Assembly: GCA_008690995.1 (NCBI GenBank)
Contig: VRMN01000012.1
Span: 310,001-374,000, forward strand
DNA length: 64,000 nt
Source of the DNA: Porphyridium purpureum
Taxonomy: Eukaryota
Direction of reading: 5' to 3'
The notes under the pieces are model-generated. The model did not search any database, was not told the DNA's origin, and saw only the letters and a program-made list of their open reading frames with translations. Within the stretch, counting starts at the first letter, position 1, and each line of letters begins with the position of its first letter. The position numbers and the translations under genes are program-made. Positions 1 through 9,752 of the stretch are shown here, piece by piece.

Positions 1-24
1 ACTTATCAAACCATACGAAACTGT

Positions 25-77
25 CATCCTGCATCCTGCATCCTGCATCCTGCATTCTACACCCTGCATTCTACACC
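25..77. repeat. (CATCCTG)n heptamer tandem repeat grading into CATTCTACACC units
   Basis: Four CATCCTG copies followed by two CATTCTACACC variants, read directly. Confidence 0.8.
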
Positions 78-258
78 TTCACACCTTTTCCAAAAGCCAC
101 ACCGTGCCCCACTCGCACCTGCTCCGCTACCAAACCGCACGCGCCACGGACCCGCAAAATCCGCTCGAAATCCCTTCCGACTAAACGGTCCAATCCAATC
201 CAATCCGGTTCAGTTCGGTTCGGTTCGGCTCATTCTTTCTAAAACTTGAGCACACAGG

Positions 259-266
259 TATATATA
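259..266 (+). promoter_or_regulatory. TATA box of the putative U6 (Pol III) promoter
   Basis: TATATATA starting 30 nt upstream of the predicted U6 5' end at 289. Confidence 0.6.
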
Positions 267-288
267 TTTTAAATTTCCCGCCAAATTA

Positions 289-374
289 ACTTTGCGAAGT
301 AGACGACTATAACAGAGAAAATTAGCGAAACCCGAGCATATCGACGGTTACTTAGCGAGACGATCACCTTTCTT
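289..374 (+). ncRNA. U6: U6 spliceosomal snRNA (divergent, short)
   Basis: 5' hairpin ACUU-UGCG-AAGU (289-300); ACAGAGA (312-318); 5-nt spacer; AGC (324-326); 9-nt spacer; GCAUA loop (336-340) closed by CGA/UCG; AC bulge; AACC/GGUU stem; CGAGACGAU (356-364) complementary to the U2 5' consensus AUCG..UCUCG. Both ends are approximate. Confidence 0.8.
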
Positions 375-909
375 AGACTCGAGCGCGCGCGCAGTGCATG
401 TGCGAGTCGGAAGACGTGATTCTTTGCAAAGTGGTTGAAATTTTTTTTATTTTTTTTTTGACGTCTTGCTCGCTTTCACTGTCCTTGTCGTCCTTCCTCG
501 TTTTGTCCGGCTCTTCTCGCTGTGTTTCTTTTATTTTGCTCATTCCTACATTTGGCATCACGCTGCATCTCCCTTTCTCTCTCTGTTTCTCTGTTTCTCT
601 GTCTGTCTGCGTGCGCTGCTGCGCTCGTGCACGCTTCTCCGTCTTCTCCCGCGTCTTCTTCTCACTGTGAGTTGGTGTCCGGTCCTGCTCTCGCCGCGGA
701 GCAAACGACTTGGCTGTGGCGCCTGGCGCGGTGTGACAGGTGCGAGAGTATGTTTGATGGGTGCTTGAAATGACTTGTGGCGGGAAAACGTGACATGTGG
801 ACAGCGCTTAGAAAAGTTGTCTGATACAGGAAGCAAAAGTTGGATCATAAACAACGACAAGAAGAAAAGAGTATTGATTCAGGGGGCGGAGCACAGACAG
901 TTCTCAGCA

Positions 910-2346
910 TCAGTCGTCTTTAGGCGTGGAAGAGGCCTTGGAAACCTTGTCGGTGACAGCGTCAGCGACGGTCTCGAAATCGTTCTGCACGGCGCGCTTC
1001 GAATGAACAAATTTCTGCTTCTCGGCACGCTTCTGCTTGGTGTCCAACGTGCCTACAATGATGGTGTTTCTCTCTGGGTCAAACCCATCGAATCGGCCCT
1101 GGCTGAGCCCCTGGCACGCAACCATGGCCTCGACGTGGTTCTGCTCGTCCTTGGCAATGTTGCGGAACACATCGTACAGCGATTCCACATAATCGAGACT
1201 CTCCACTGCTATCGACTTGTCCACCGGCTTGGCCACCTGCCTAAAGTCCGCAAAGTCAAACTTGGGGAACAGTCTGCGCTCGATGGTTTGCGCCTTCGCA
1301 TCGTCCGGGTCATTGTAGTACAGGACCGCACACTCGGGCGGCGGAAGCGCCTTGAGCCTGGCCTCATTCTGCTCGAGAAAGACCGTGTACGTGTCTGTGG
1401 CGTGCGCCTCGAGCAGCTGTGAAAACGCATAGCTCTGCTTTGGCGAGATGAGGAAGAGCACCACAATCGCCCAGTAGTACATGATCGCGAGATGCTCGGC
1501 AAAAAAGCGGTCCTTCCATTTCCGGTTGCCGCCGAGTGATTCCATGACGAGCAGGTGCATGTACTCATTCGCGGCCTCCAAGCTGTGCAGCTGGATCAGC
1601 TTGGCGTCGCGCCACCAGCCGAGCGTCTCGTACAGGTGAAGGATCGACACGTACGAAAAGTATGGCACGCGCGCCACGGTCTCCAGAAACCAAAAGCGCT
1701 GGATGGGTGCGTTGTCGTCAAACCACACGTCCAGCAGCTGGCACAGCACGGTGTACAAGGCCTTGACAGGCGGCCACACTTCCGGAATCTCCTTGAGCAC
1801 ATCCTCGCGGTAGCGCTCGCGCGCGTTCACGTCTTCATTCGATACGGTCAGTTTGAGCATCTGCGGCAGCGAGCCGTCGTCCCGCTTGCCTACCAACGAG
1901 CGCAAGGCCTGGCCAATCTCACCTGCGATGGCTTCGAGCTCGGAAACAAAGTTACGCCCGGCCATCAGCAGCGCATTCTGCGGGTAAAACTGGTACCGCG
2001 AAAAGTTCTCGCCGCCTTGTTCCGGGCGGTAGTATTGCACCGCCACCATGCCATTCTCGTCCGTCTCAGAGTCTGACTGCACGGCATTCGAGGCCCCTTC
2101 TTTGCTTGCATGCCGAGCCACCACCCCGCGTCGACGCACAGTTTTCGCGCGAGGTTCGTCTGCACGAACCCTCGCGGACATAACCACGCCCCGTCCAGTC
2201 GGTCTGCTGCACGAGTCTTGATGGAGCCTTCCCACTTTCGCTTTCACATCGCCGCCACACACCTCACTGCCATACCTTTGCGCAGCACGTGGCGCGAAAG
2301 TCGCACCGCCTCCAGCCACTCCGAAACTCCCCACAAACGCCATCAT
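910..2346 (-). CDS. PTOX: Plastid terminal oxidase (alternative oxidase family, di-iron plastoquinol oxidase)
   Basis: RFWFLETVARVPYFSYVSILHLYETLGWW plus iron-ligand motifs NEYMH, LEAHA and DEQNH; N-terminal MAFV transit peptide. Confidence 0.93.
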   Translation of the reverse strand: MMAFVGSFGVAGGGATFAPRAAQRYGSEVCGGDVKAKVGRLHQDSCSRPTGRGVVMSARVRADEPRAKTVRRRGVVARHASKEGASNAVQSDSETDENGMVAVQYYRPEQGGENFSRYQFYPQNALLMAGRNFVSELEAIAGEIGQALRSLVGKRDDGSLPQMLKLTVSNEDVNARERYREDVLKEIPEVWPPVKALYTVLCQLLDVWFDDNAPIQRFWFLETVARVPYFSYVSILHLYETLGWWRDAKLIQLHSLEAANEYMHLLVMESLGGNRKWKDRFFAEHLAIMYYWAIVVLFLISPKQSYAFSQLLEAHATDTYTVFLEQNEARLKALPPPECAVLYYNDPDDAKAQTIERRLFPKFDFADFRQVAKPVDKSIAVESLDYVESLYDVFRNIAKDEQNHVEAMVACQGLSQGRFDGFDPERNTIIVGTLDTKQKRAEKQKFVHSKRAVQNDFETVADAVTDKVSKASSTPKDD

Positions 2347-3392
2347 CGAACCCTCGCTCGCACTCCCAATTCCACCAGCCTCTTGTCAACCTCACGCTCA
2401 ACCCGCAACGGAACGACAACAAACCTTGACAGCAGCGCAGGCACAAACCAAGCGTTCCAGGCCACTGCGCGGTACCAATTTTTCGCAGGCGCTACTTGTT
2501 GTGCTGGCCGTCGCCTGTCACGTCCGCGTTGACTTCTCTTCGCCTCCTCCCAACACACGCACAGCTCGTCAGTCAATCCGCCACCGGGCAGAGAGACGTT
2601 CCTCGGAATATCTGCGTTTCTCATTCAGCCGCATTCCCGCATTACATATATCTCATAAAAATGAAGTTATGTAATATAGACATTTATAGCATTACAAAGG
2701 AATGCGTTACCGATGGACATCTGGAACGAGTTGACGCGAGGTGCGCGGGCGCGACAGCGAGCGAGTCTGAGGAAGATGACAAAGACAGAGCGCGGTTTGG
2801 GGTCATGTACGCAGCCTTGCGAGCTCGTTTGTTGCACCTTGTAAGACTCCAAGATAAAGCCGCCACTACCGCAGCACAGTGTATGTTGACACCTGGTATT
2901 ACATCAACATATGCAGACGCGCAGCACGCTTGCGTCGAAGAAAGCTGAACGTCGGCGTGCCACATACGCGATGCAGCGCAGGCCGAGCGAGAATGCGGCT
3001 TGATATGAACGACCAGGAAGGAGATGCGACGAGGCATGCAGTCGTCGTGGACGCGCTACACACGCCGAACGCTCAAAGGTATAACGTCAAACAGGTGCGT
3101 CGCGTCTTCAGTCATGCCGAGAGCTCGAAGGAAAAATGCGGGAAATCATAAACGGACGTCGTTTTAGTATGCACTTTCGTTAATGGTTTAATGGTTTCTG
3201 AAATCGGAAAGATATGGAAACTGATAAACCGAAAGGGAAAAAAAGGGCGAAGCGTGGCGGCGGAGCAAGCGAGAGAGAAGGAAGAAGGAAGGAAGGGAGG
3301 AGGATGTTGAATGCGCAATGAAAGAGGTGGGTTGGAAGACGGGCACTGGCTCTGCGGGCGCGGCAGAAGCAGTGCTTGATGTAGAGGCGCGA

Positions 3393-6300
3393 ATGGCGGC
3401 ATGGGTTTGTGCGTTTGGAAGTTCGTTTGTGGGTGGCGCAGCATGGCGCCCGCATCGCGCTCGAGCGTGCACACGGACGCGATCGCGTGATTGCGGAGAT
3501 GATGTGTTTGTGTGTCACATGGTGATGGCTGCGTTTGCGACCAAGTCTGCGTCTGGCGTGAAGAAAGCCGAGAGTAGAACGGGAAGGCTGTGGAGTGTGT
3601 CTGAGAGGCAGCGTAATCGGGCCGCTCGTGTTTGTGTGCGTGCCGGGCAGGAGCCAGGTGCGAGTAAGTTTGTGAACTCGCTGGAGCGCGAGTCCAAGCA
3701 GGAAAAGGTGCCGTATCCGAGCAAGCACGAGCTGGATGCGTTGATCCGCGCTTGCATGTACTACCTTCGCTCGGTCGACTACGATAGGGTGTTGGTCGAT
3801 GATTTGCGTCGCAACGTGGTGCTACCGCCTGGGCTGGCGTGGGTTTGCACGCGTCGGGAGGACGACGAACTGCTTTTGTTTCTGAAAATGCGCCCGCAGC
3901 ACTTTGTGCTGTCTGCCGGGCTTGCGTTTGACGAGACATACGTGTCGCTGTCACGGGCCACGCGAGAGGTGATGCAGGACCCTGCCAGCGCACTGACGGA
4001 CGATATGAATGTGAGCGGTCTCCACCCGGAAGCTGCGCGGTTTGTGATCGTGAGTGGGGACTCAGAGGAGGAGTGCATGGGGGTCGTACGAGATATCGAC
4101 GTCGAAACGCTGCTGGGGTTACATTTCCACGCTGAAGCACGTGTAGTCGCGCTGTGCACCAGCTCGCTTGTTTCTGCCACGCCACTGGGCACCGTGTATG
4201 CTTTTGACCTCGACGACGAGAACGCAAAGCGTGCGCTGCATAACGTTCTGCAAAGTGACAGTCAGAGACTGATTGTGTCCCACGCGTGCCCGCCAGACGT
4301 GTACGCGCTGATCGGGTTGGGCGCCGAGGGACCCGGTCAGGCATCTGCGCTTCCGTACCTGGTCGACTTGCAGATTGCAGACGACGCGCTTCTGTTTCGG
4401 GAGGAGAACAGCGAGGGCGCAAATCGGGAGCGCCTTGATGCTGAAGACACTTCGCTAGACACGCTCTTGAAGCGGTACGATTTTTTGGGCAGAGATACGG
4501 ATTGGGATACCGGGAAGGAGCTGGACTACACAAAGCGCCCGATTGGTCGCGAGCTAGCTCGCGAGCTCGCGCATAAAAGCAAGTATCTGGTGCCCTTGTT
4601 CCGGCTTGTCCAACGAGAGCGCCAGAGTCGACTTGATCGCCGGATCTTTCAGACCGCGTTGCAGCGTTCGCACACGCGCGGTGCTTCTGTGCCGGACAAG
4701 GCGGCAACGATGCGACAAACCGACAACTCTGTTCTTGAATACCAGCGTCGGAACGAACTCATGCGGCTCCGTTTTGATCAGGAATCGTTCGCGCCCGTGT
4801 ATGAACGCTGGGAGGTATCGCTAGAGCTCGATCAAGATCAGCAGGGCGCGCGTGCTTGTCGACCAAGGCGAAATGAGATGGACTGGACCGACTTGTTTGC
4901 CGAACCCGTCGCCGACTTTGTGCAGGATGTGATTGACCCATTCATCGGCAACGGAGATGAAAGCGAGTCCACCAAAGCTTACGAATTGAAAGAATTAGTC
5001 ATGACAGCGGATGGCCGCCGCTGGCTACTGCGCCTTGAAGATTCAAATGCAGTGTCGGATACGGGTGTCTGTGCTTCGCCTTTCTTTGATTTGGAATTTG
5101 TGGTTGAAAGTTCGGAAGGAGAAGAGGACACGGACGAGGACGGAACGTCGTGCGTGGCGGTGTACGTTTCTGGTGACGAGGTAGGCCGAAACGGTCTGTT
5201 TGGCGCAAAAGTCCAAACACGCACCGAGCGCGTTAACGAATTTACAAAGCAGGCGAGCTTGCTTTGTGATCGTGTTCTGGCTTCGCAAACAGACATGACC
5301 GGAGTCGACGATACACTGCATCGCATCTTTGTGCTCCGTGACCGTCACAATGTGGTAAATGCAGTGGGTGTGCGCTTTCTGTGGCACCATGACGCGATGG
5401 GTGATCTTGTTCAGGATCTCGCCACCGGCGAGACGAAGAACCATGTTCTCGTGTGCGGGCCAGTCAGCTCGGGTAAGACTTCAATGGTGCGCGCGATCGC
5501 CAAGCGACTGGTCAGCGATCACAACCAGCGCGTCGCAATTATTGATCCTCGTGGGAACTTGTGCGGGCCAAATGAGTCGCCGCTCTATGCATTGCATGGC
5601 GTCATTCGGATTGGGTTCGCCGATGAAGACTCATCGCGAGCCTTGGCGGCCATGATTCGCGAGGCCGTACAAAACTATGAACTTGACGTGCTTGTCTTTG
5701 ATGAGCTCGACGTCCTGGCATGGGCCGGCAACAAAACGCATGATGTGACGAGAGCCGAGCTGGAGCGCGTTGTGACGCAGCATGGCGTCTCGATTGTATC
5801 CGGTATCCGGATGAGCACAGTAGACTCCGCGGCACACGTGCAAGCAAAATCCGATCGGAACTTTCTCTCCTCCATGTTTGCTGGTGAGACCTGTAATCCA
5901 GCGAGCTCTGTGACCCTTGTACAGGTGGAAAGAGGAGGCGAGGAACAAGCTGTCCGTATCTATCGAAGAGTGGATTGGGACGTGCTTTCACAAGTCTGTG
6001 CCCAAGCTCATCGACTCGATACGGTATTCCGAGGTGCGGAAGCGCAAGATTCTGAACCGAGCGTTGAGTATGCGTATGAGCAGCGAACGCTTCTCAAGTC
6101 GGGCGCGATGATGGCTCAGTTCTTTGGTGATTGCGAAAAGACGGACAACCACACCAAGGAGAGCAGCGGAGGCGCAGACTCGAGTCAACCCTTAAGCTGG
6201 ATGGCAGATGATGAGCGAGAACGAGAAGAAGATGTCCGTGTCAACGCCTCCACTGCGTTCGAATCATTTTTTGCTCGGTTCCGAGTCCGCTATCACCCGA

Positions 6301-6995
6301 TTGAAGCGGGTGCGCTACGTGCGATGGTAAACGAGCGGCGTCTTGAGGACCTGTTGATCCGCAGCGAAGACGACGACGTGGATGTTGGGTACGCGGCCAT
6401 GGAGCTCGGCGCAGTGCTTGCTTTGGATAATCAGCGAGGTGACTGGGAAGATGAACTTGGCAGTGAATCTAGTACGAGTGATAAGGCTTTATCGTCTGGG
6501 CGCTCACGCAAAGACAGGTCAAAAGCAGCGACACGGTTTGTCGACGAGGAAAGGCGCGAATTTGGATTGAGATCAGAAGGGAGTCTTGCAGGCAACACGA
6601 ATGAACAACGAGAAGGTTTCGATGAAGAAGAAGACGATGAAATCATCGACATTGAGTTTGAAGATCGCCTTTCGGAAGACGATAGTGATGAGGATGAGTT
6701 TGGCGATTTCCTATTCGAGGAGGACGACCGTGACGATGATTCAGACGTGCGTGCCGGAGACGTGCGAGCCCTAGGCAAGCAACGTGTTCAAAATCCAATC
6801 GCGTCGCGTACCAATACAACTTGGTTCGATAGTGATACCGAAGACGAAGATGATCGTGATGACGACGAAGAAGAAGAATCGGAATTCGCTCTTGATGAGA
6901 ATGACGAATCCGAAGCTGGCAGCGATGATGAGTGGGATGGCTTTTCAATTGATGGCAGTGACAACGACGACGATGATGACGACGATGATGAATGA
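3393..6995 (+). CDS. Degenerate 3'-5' exonuclease-like domain + ycf45/SpoIIIAA-like AAA ATPase + acidic tail; possibly organelle-targeted
   Basis: LVDLQIA...KRPI...YLVPL (exonuclease-like); HRIFVLRDRHNVV; Walker A GPVSSGKT; Walker B VLVFDE. ATG 3393 gives a transit-like MAAWVCAF; an upstream ATG at 3318 is also possible. Confidence 0.7.
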   Translation: MAAWVCAFGSSFVGGAAWRPHRARACTRTRSRDCGDDVFVCHMVMAAFATKSASGVKKAESRTGRLWSVSERQRNRAARVCVRAGQEPGASKFVNSLERESKQEKVPYPSKHELDALIRACMYYLRSVDYDRVLVDDLRRNVVLPPGLAWVCTRREDDELLLFLKMRPQHFVLSAGLAFDETYVSLSRATREVMQDPASALTDDMNVSGLHPEAARFVIVSGDSEEECMGVVRDIDVETLLGLHFHAEARVVALCTSSLVSATPLGTVYAFDLDDENAKRALHNVLQSDSQRLIVSHACPPDVYALIGLGAEGPGQASALPYLVDLQIADDALLFREENSEGANRERLDAEDTSLDTLLKRYDFLGRDTDWDTGKELDYTKRPIGRELARELAHKSKYLVPLFRLVQRERQSRLDRRIFQTALQRSHTRGASVPDKAATMRQTDNSVLEYQRRNELMRLRFDQESFAPVYERWEVSLELDQDQQGARACRPRRNEMDWTDLFAEPVADFVQDVIDPFIGNGDESESTKAYELKELVMTADGRRWLLRLEDSNAVSDTGVCASPFFDLEFVVESSEGEEDTDEDGTSCVAVYVSGDEVGRNGLFGAKVQTRTERVNEFTKQASLLCDRVLASQTDMTGVDDTLHRIFVLRDRHNVVNAVGVRFLWHHDAMGDLVQDLATGETKNHVLVCGPVSSGKTSMVRAIAKRLVSDHNQRVAIIDPRGNLCGPNESPLYALHGVIRIGFADEDSSRALAAMIREAVQNYELDVLVFDELDVLAWAGNKTHDVTRAELERVVTQHGVSIVSGIRMSTVDSAAHVQAKSDRNFLSSMFAGETCNPASSVTLVQVERGGEEQAVRIYRRVDWDVLSQVCAQAHRLDTVFRGAEAQDSEPSVEYAYEQRTLLKSGAMMAQFFGDCEKTDNHTKESSGGADSSQPLSWMADDEREREEDVRVNASTAFESFFARFRVRYHPIEAGALRAMVNERRLEDLLIRSEDDDVDVGYAAMELGAVLALDNQRGDWEDELGSESSTSDKALSSGRSRKDRSKAATRFVDEERREFGLRSEGSLAGNTNEQREGFDEEEDDEIIDIEFEDRLSEDDSDEDEFGDFLFEEDDRDDDSDVRAGDVRALGKQRVQNPIASRTNTTWFDSDTEDEDDRDDDEEEESEFALDENDESEAGSDDEWDGFSIDGSDNDDDDDDDDE

Positions 6996-7132
6996 TGAGT
7001 GATGAGTGAAATGCTGGTATATCGGGCGAGAAGATAAAGCTCTCCAGCCCCAACCTTGTCGCTGCTCATTGAACATTTTGGCGCGAAGCACCTTTTTGTC
7101 GTTATATTCTGTGTAAATGGCGTTATTTTACT

Positions 7133-7744
7133 ATGTTTTCTGTTCGCGCCAAGCGGTTTGGTGACAAAAGCGCGGTGGCGCCGTGTGAAGGGCGGGTGAA
7201 AGGAAAAGAGTCGGTCGCCCCGGGTAAAGCAGACATGAGAGTAGCGTCAAATGATCCTTCAACTTTAACCGCGTGCGTCCAGCAGGACGCGGAGCCTGAA
7301 CTTGCAGCGGAGATGAAGGAGAAAACCAACATGGGCGTCGACCAGGACGCAGACGCTGCAAGAAAAGAAGATGAGGTTCGTGGAAAGGATGTGGCTGCTC
7401 CGGCCCTAAAGCTGTTTCCCGAGTCGATTGTGAGGCGAGTGATCAAGCACGGCGCGGCCAAGTCGAGCGTGATCAAAAAGAAAGGCGGGAGTGGAAATAT
7501 CCTGCTTACGAGGGACGCTGTGGTCGCGGTGAACGCTGCTGCGTGCGTGTTTGTTAATTATGTCATGGCATTTGCGCAGAATGCCACGCATCTTAATGGC
7601 AAGAAAACGGTGTCCAAGGACTTTGTGCTTATCGGGCTGCGCGACGCTCAGTTTGGTGACTTCGCATTGGCGCTACACAAGTGGAACCCGAGCCCCATCC
7701 GTAACACCGCAAATGACGTTGATGATGATGATGATGAACATTGA
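7133..7744 (+). CDS. DPB4: Histone-fold protein, DNA polymerase epsilon subunit DPB4/POLE3 (CHRAC17)-like
   Basis: FPESIVRRVIK...LTRDAVVAVNAAACVFVNYV...KKTVSKDFVLIGL matches the NF-YB-type histone fold. Start Met is uncertain. Confidence 0.7.
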   Translation: MFSVRAKRFGDKSAVAPCEGRVKGKESVAPGKADMRVASNDPSTLTACVQQDAEPELAAEMKEKTNMGVDQDADAARKEDEVRGKDVAAPALKLFPESIVRRVIKHGAAKSSVIKKKGGSGNILLTRDAVVAVNAAACVFVNYVMAFAQNATHLNGKKTVSKDFVLIGLRDAQFGDFALALHKWNPSPIRNTANDVDDDDDEH

Positions 7745-7847
7745 ATATCAATCTGCAGTTTTTCTGTTCTTCCCGGTATTTTGAGGCGAAGCCAAACACA
7801 ACGCCACCACGACAATTTCGCGACCTGCTATCACCACGCAAGGGCGG

Positions 7848-8546
7848 CTACCGCGCCGGCATTGCGGTTTTATGTTCAAGATGGGGTGGCGGCAAGTGTG
7901 CTGACGACGAGGACGCATGCTGGTGCTCTTTCCCAGAGCCCTTTTGCTCCAGCTGCAGCTCGCGCGCGCGAGAACGGTCACGCGCCATGTGAAACCACTT
8001 GGTGGCCTCTCGGAAATTCTGCTTGACGGCGCGTCCTTGCGCGTACCACAGACCAAGCGTGTACATGGCCTGGACATGCCCCAGCTCGGCACTCACTCTC
8101 AACCACTTTAACGCCTCTGCGTCCTTTCTGGACGCCGCCACGATCTGACTTGCCCAAGCCGTGCCCACGTCTGGCGCGCGCGGCTTGTGCACCTCCCACC
8201 CCAGCTCCATCTGCGCCTCAACACAGCCCTGCGCGGCCGACCTCCCCAACCACCTTGCTGCATGGCGCACGCTGCGCTCCAGCTTGCCGCGCCCAGACTT
8301 ATAAAACATCCCCAACTTGTACTGCGCAAGCGGATGCCCACTACGCGCTGCGGCCGCGTACAACATCCGGGCCGACACGTCGTCGTGCTTGTGCGAAGCC
8401 ATGATACCATTCTCATAATTACACGCCAACGTATACTGACACATGGCTTCGAGACTCGGCACCCGCGGCGCACACCCCTCACTCTCTCCATCCGACTCTG
8501 CGGACTCTGAGCCTGCATCTGCAACCAAGATCAACCCAGCCTCCAT
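7848..8546 (-). CDS. Sel1-like repeat protein
   Basis: AQYKLGMFYKSGRG, AQMELG, AMYTLGLWYAQGRAVKQNFREATKWF. Confidence 0.85.
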   Translation of the reverse strand: MEAGLILVADAGSESAESDGESEGCAPRVPSLEAMCQYTLACNYENGIMASHKHDDVSARMLYAAAARSGHPLAQYKLGMFYKSGRGKLERSVRHAARWLGRSAAQGCVEAQMELGWEVHKPRAPDVGTAWASQIVAASRKDAEALKWLRVSAELGHVQAMYTLGLWYAQGRAVKQNFREATKWFHMARDRSRARELQLEQKGSGKEHQHASSSSAHLPPPHLEHKTAMPAR

Positions 8547-9752
8547 CTTCGCGCACAAACAAACACGAACACACACAGACACTCACTTCCAGCTCATACA
8601 AACAAACCCCCAGGAAAAAAAACCCATGAACCAAGTTCACACCCAATCACATGCCAGACTACCTTTCCGCGTTCCACAGTGACGTACTCAACCTCCTCAC
8701 TGACTCTCTCTCTCTCTGTGTCTCTGATAGTCTCTCCTTCTCTCCCTCTCTCTCTCCTCTTCTCATCGTCCCGCTCCCGCTAGAAAATTAATCTCCAACT
8801 CCTTCCACACACAAAAATCCTCCGCGGGGGTTTGAACTGTACACCCACAGTACTCTTTCTATGAAAACACGATCATTTTATTAGTAACACCTTATCGGTT
8901 CACCTCGGTTCCATTTCGGTTTCTGTTCGGAGTGGCGACCGGCACTTTCTTATTATTAAATGGGCATGTTTTAGTTGAAGGTGTTAACGGTTTATGATGA
9001 CATGATGGGACGCGGTTTGTCTGCTGAAGGGTAGGCGTGACGCGCTGCCGGCGATGAGGACCGCCTGGTCATGGGCTTTGTGGTGATCCAGCAAGGAGCA
9101 GACTTTGACTCTGTGTCACCCTGTAGAACCAAAGCGTAACGTCGCGCTCGCGTGCTATTCATTGACTCTTATCTTACGTTGTTGCCCTGAGCGCGTCGCC
9201 CAATACATGGGGCGCGCGATTTACATGGGCGACGGAAACTTTAGACGACAAATGGTCGCGAGACTGCCCACAACTGGAAGCACGCATATACAGTTTGGTG
9301 TCGCGACACACATGTCCACATAATACCCTGCATGATATATTGTGTGTCGTGGTATTCACACACACAGAGAGAGAGAGAGAGAGAGGCGGACAGACAGACA
9401 CAGAAAGAGAGAGAATGTGATATTGAGTAGATGGTGTGATCATCTTGGCAAGATGATCGAAACATCGCATCTCGTATTCGCGTCTGCGCCTGTCTGCTGC
9501 GGTCGTTGCTTCTCTTGCTGCTGCTGCTGCCGATTCTGCCTTGCACGCGATTAGGGTTGCAACAGGAGTAGAACTGTACTTTATACTGTACTTCAGTCGA
9601 GTTCAGTAAAAGGTACAGTTCTGCGATGTCGAAAACGGTTCAAGCAGTGAAACCGAACCGAACCGAATGAGCCAACTGGCAAAGAGCGGAAGAGAGAGAG
9701 AGAGACGCTGAGAGAGGGAGAGAAAGTCTTCTGTGTTTGGTGGTGGCGTGGG

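Noticed and set aside
398..773. Hydrophobic short ORFs downstream of U6
   Set aside because: They arise from CT/T-rich low-complexity sequence.
3112..4707. 531-aa minus ORF, and similar antisense ORFs over eIF3a, PTOX and the lipase
   Set aside because: They overlap well-supported genes on the other strand and have non-protein-like composition.
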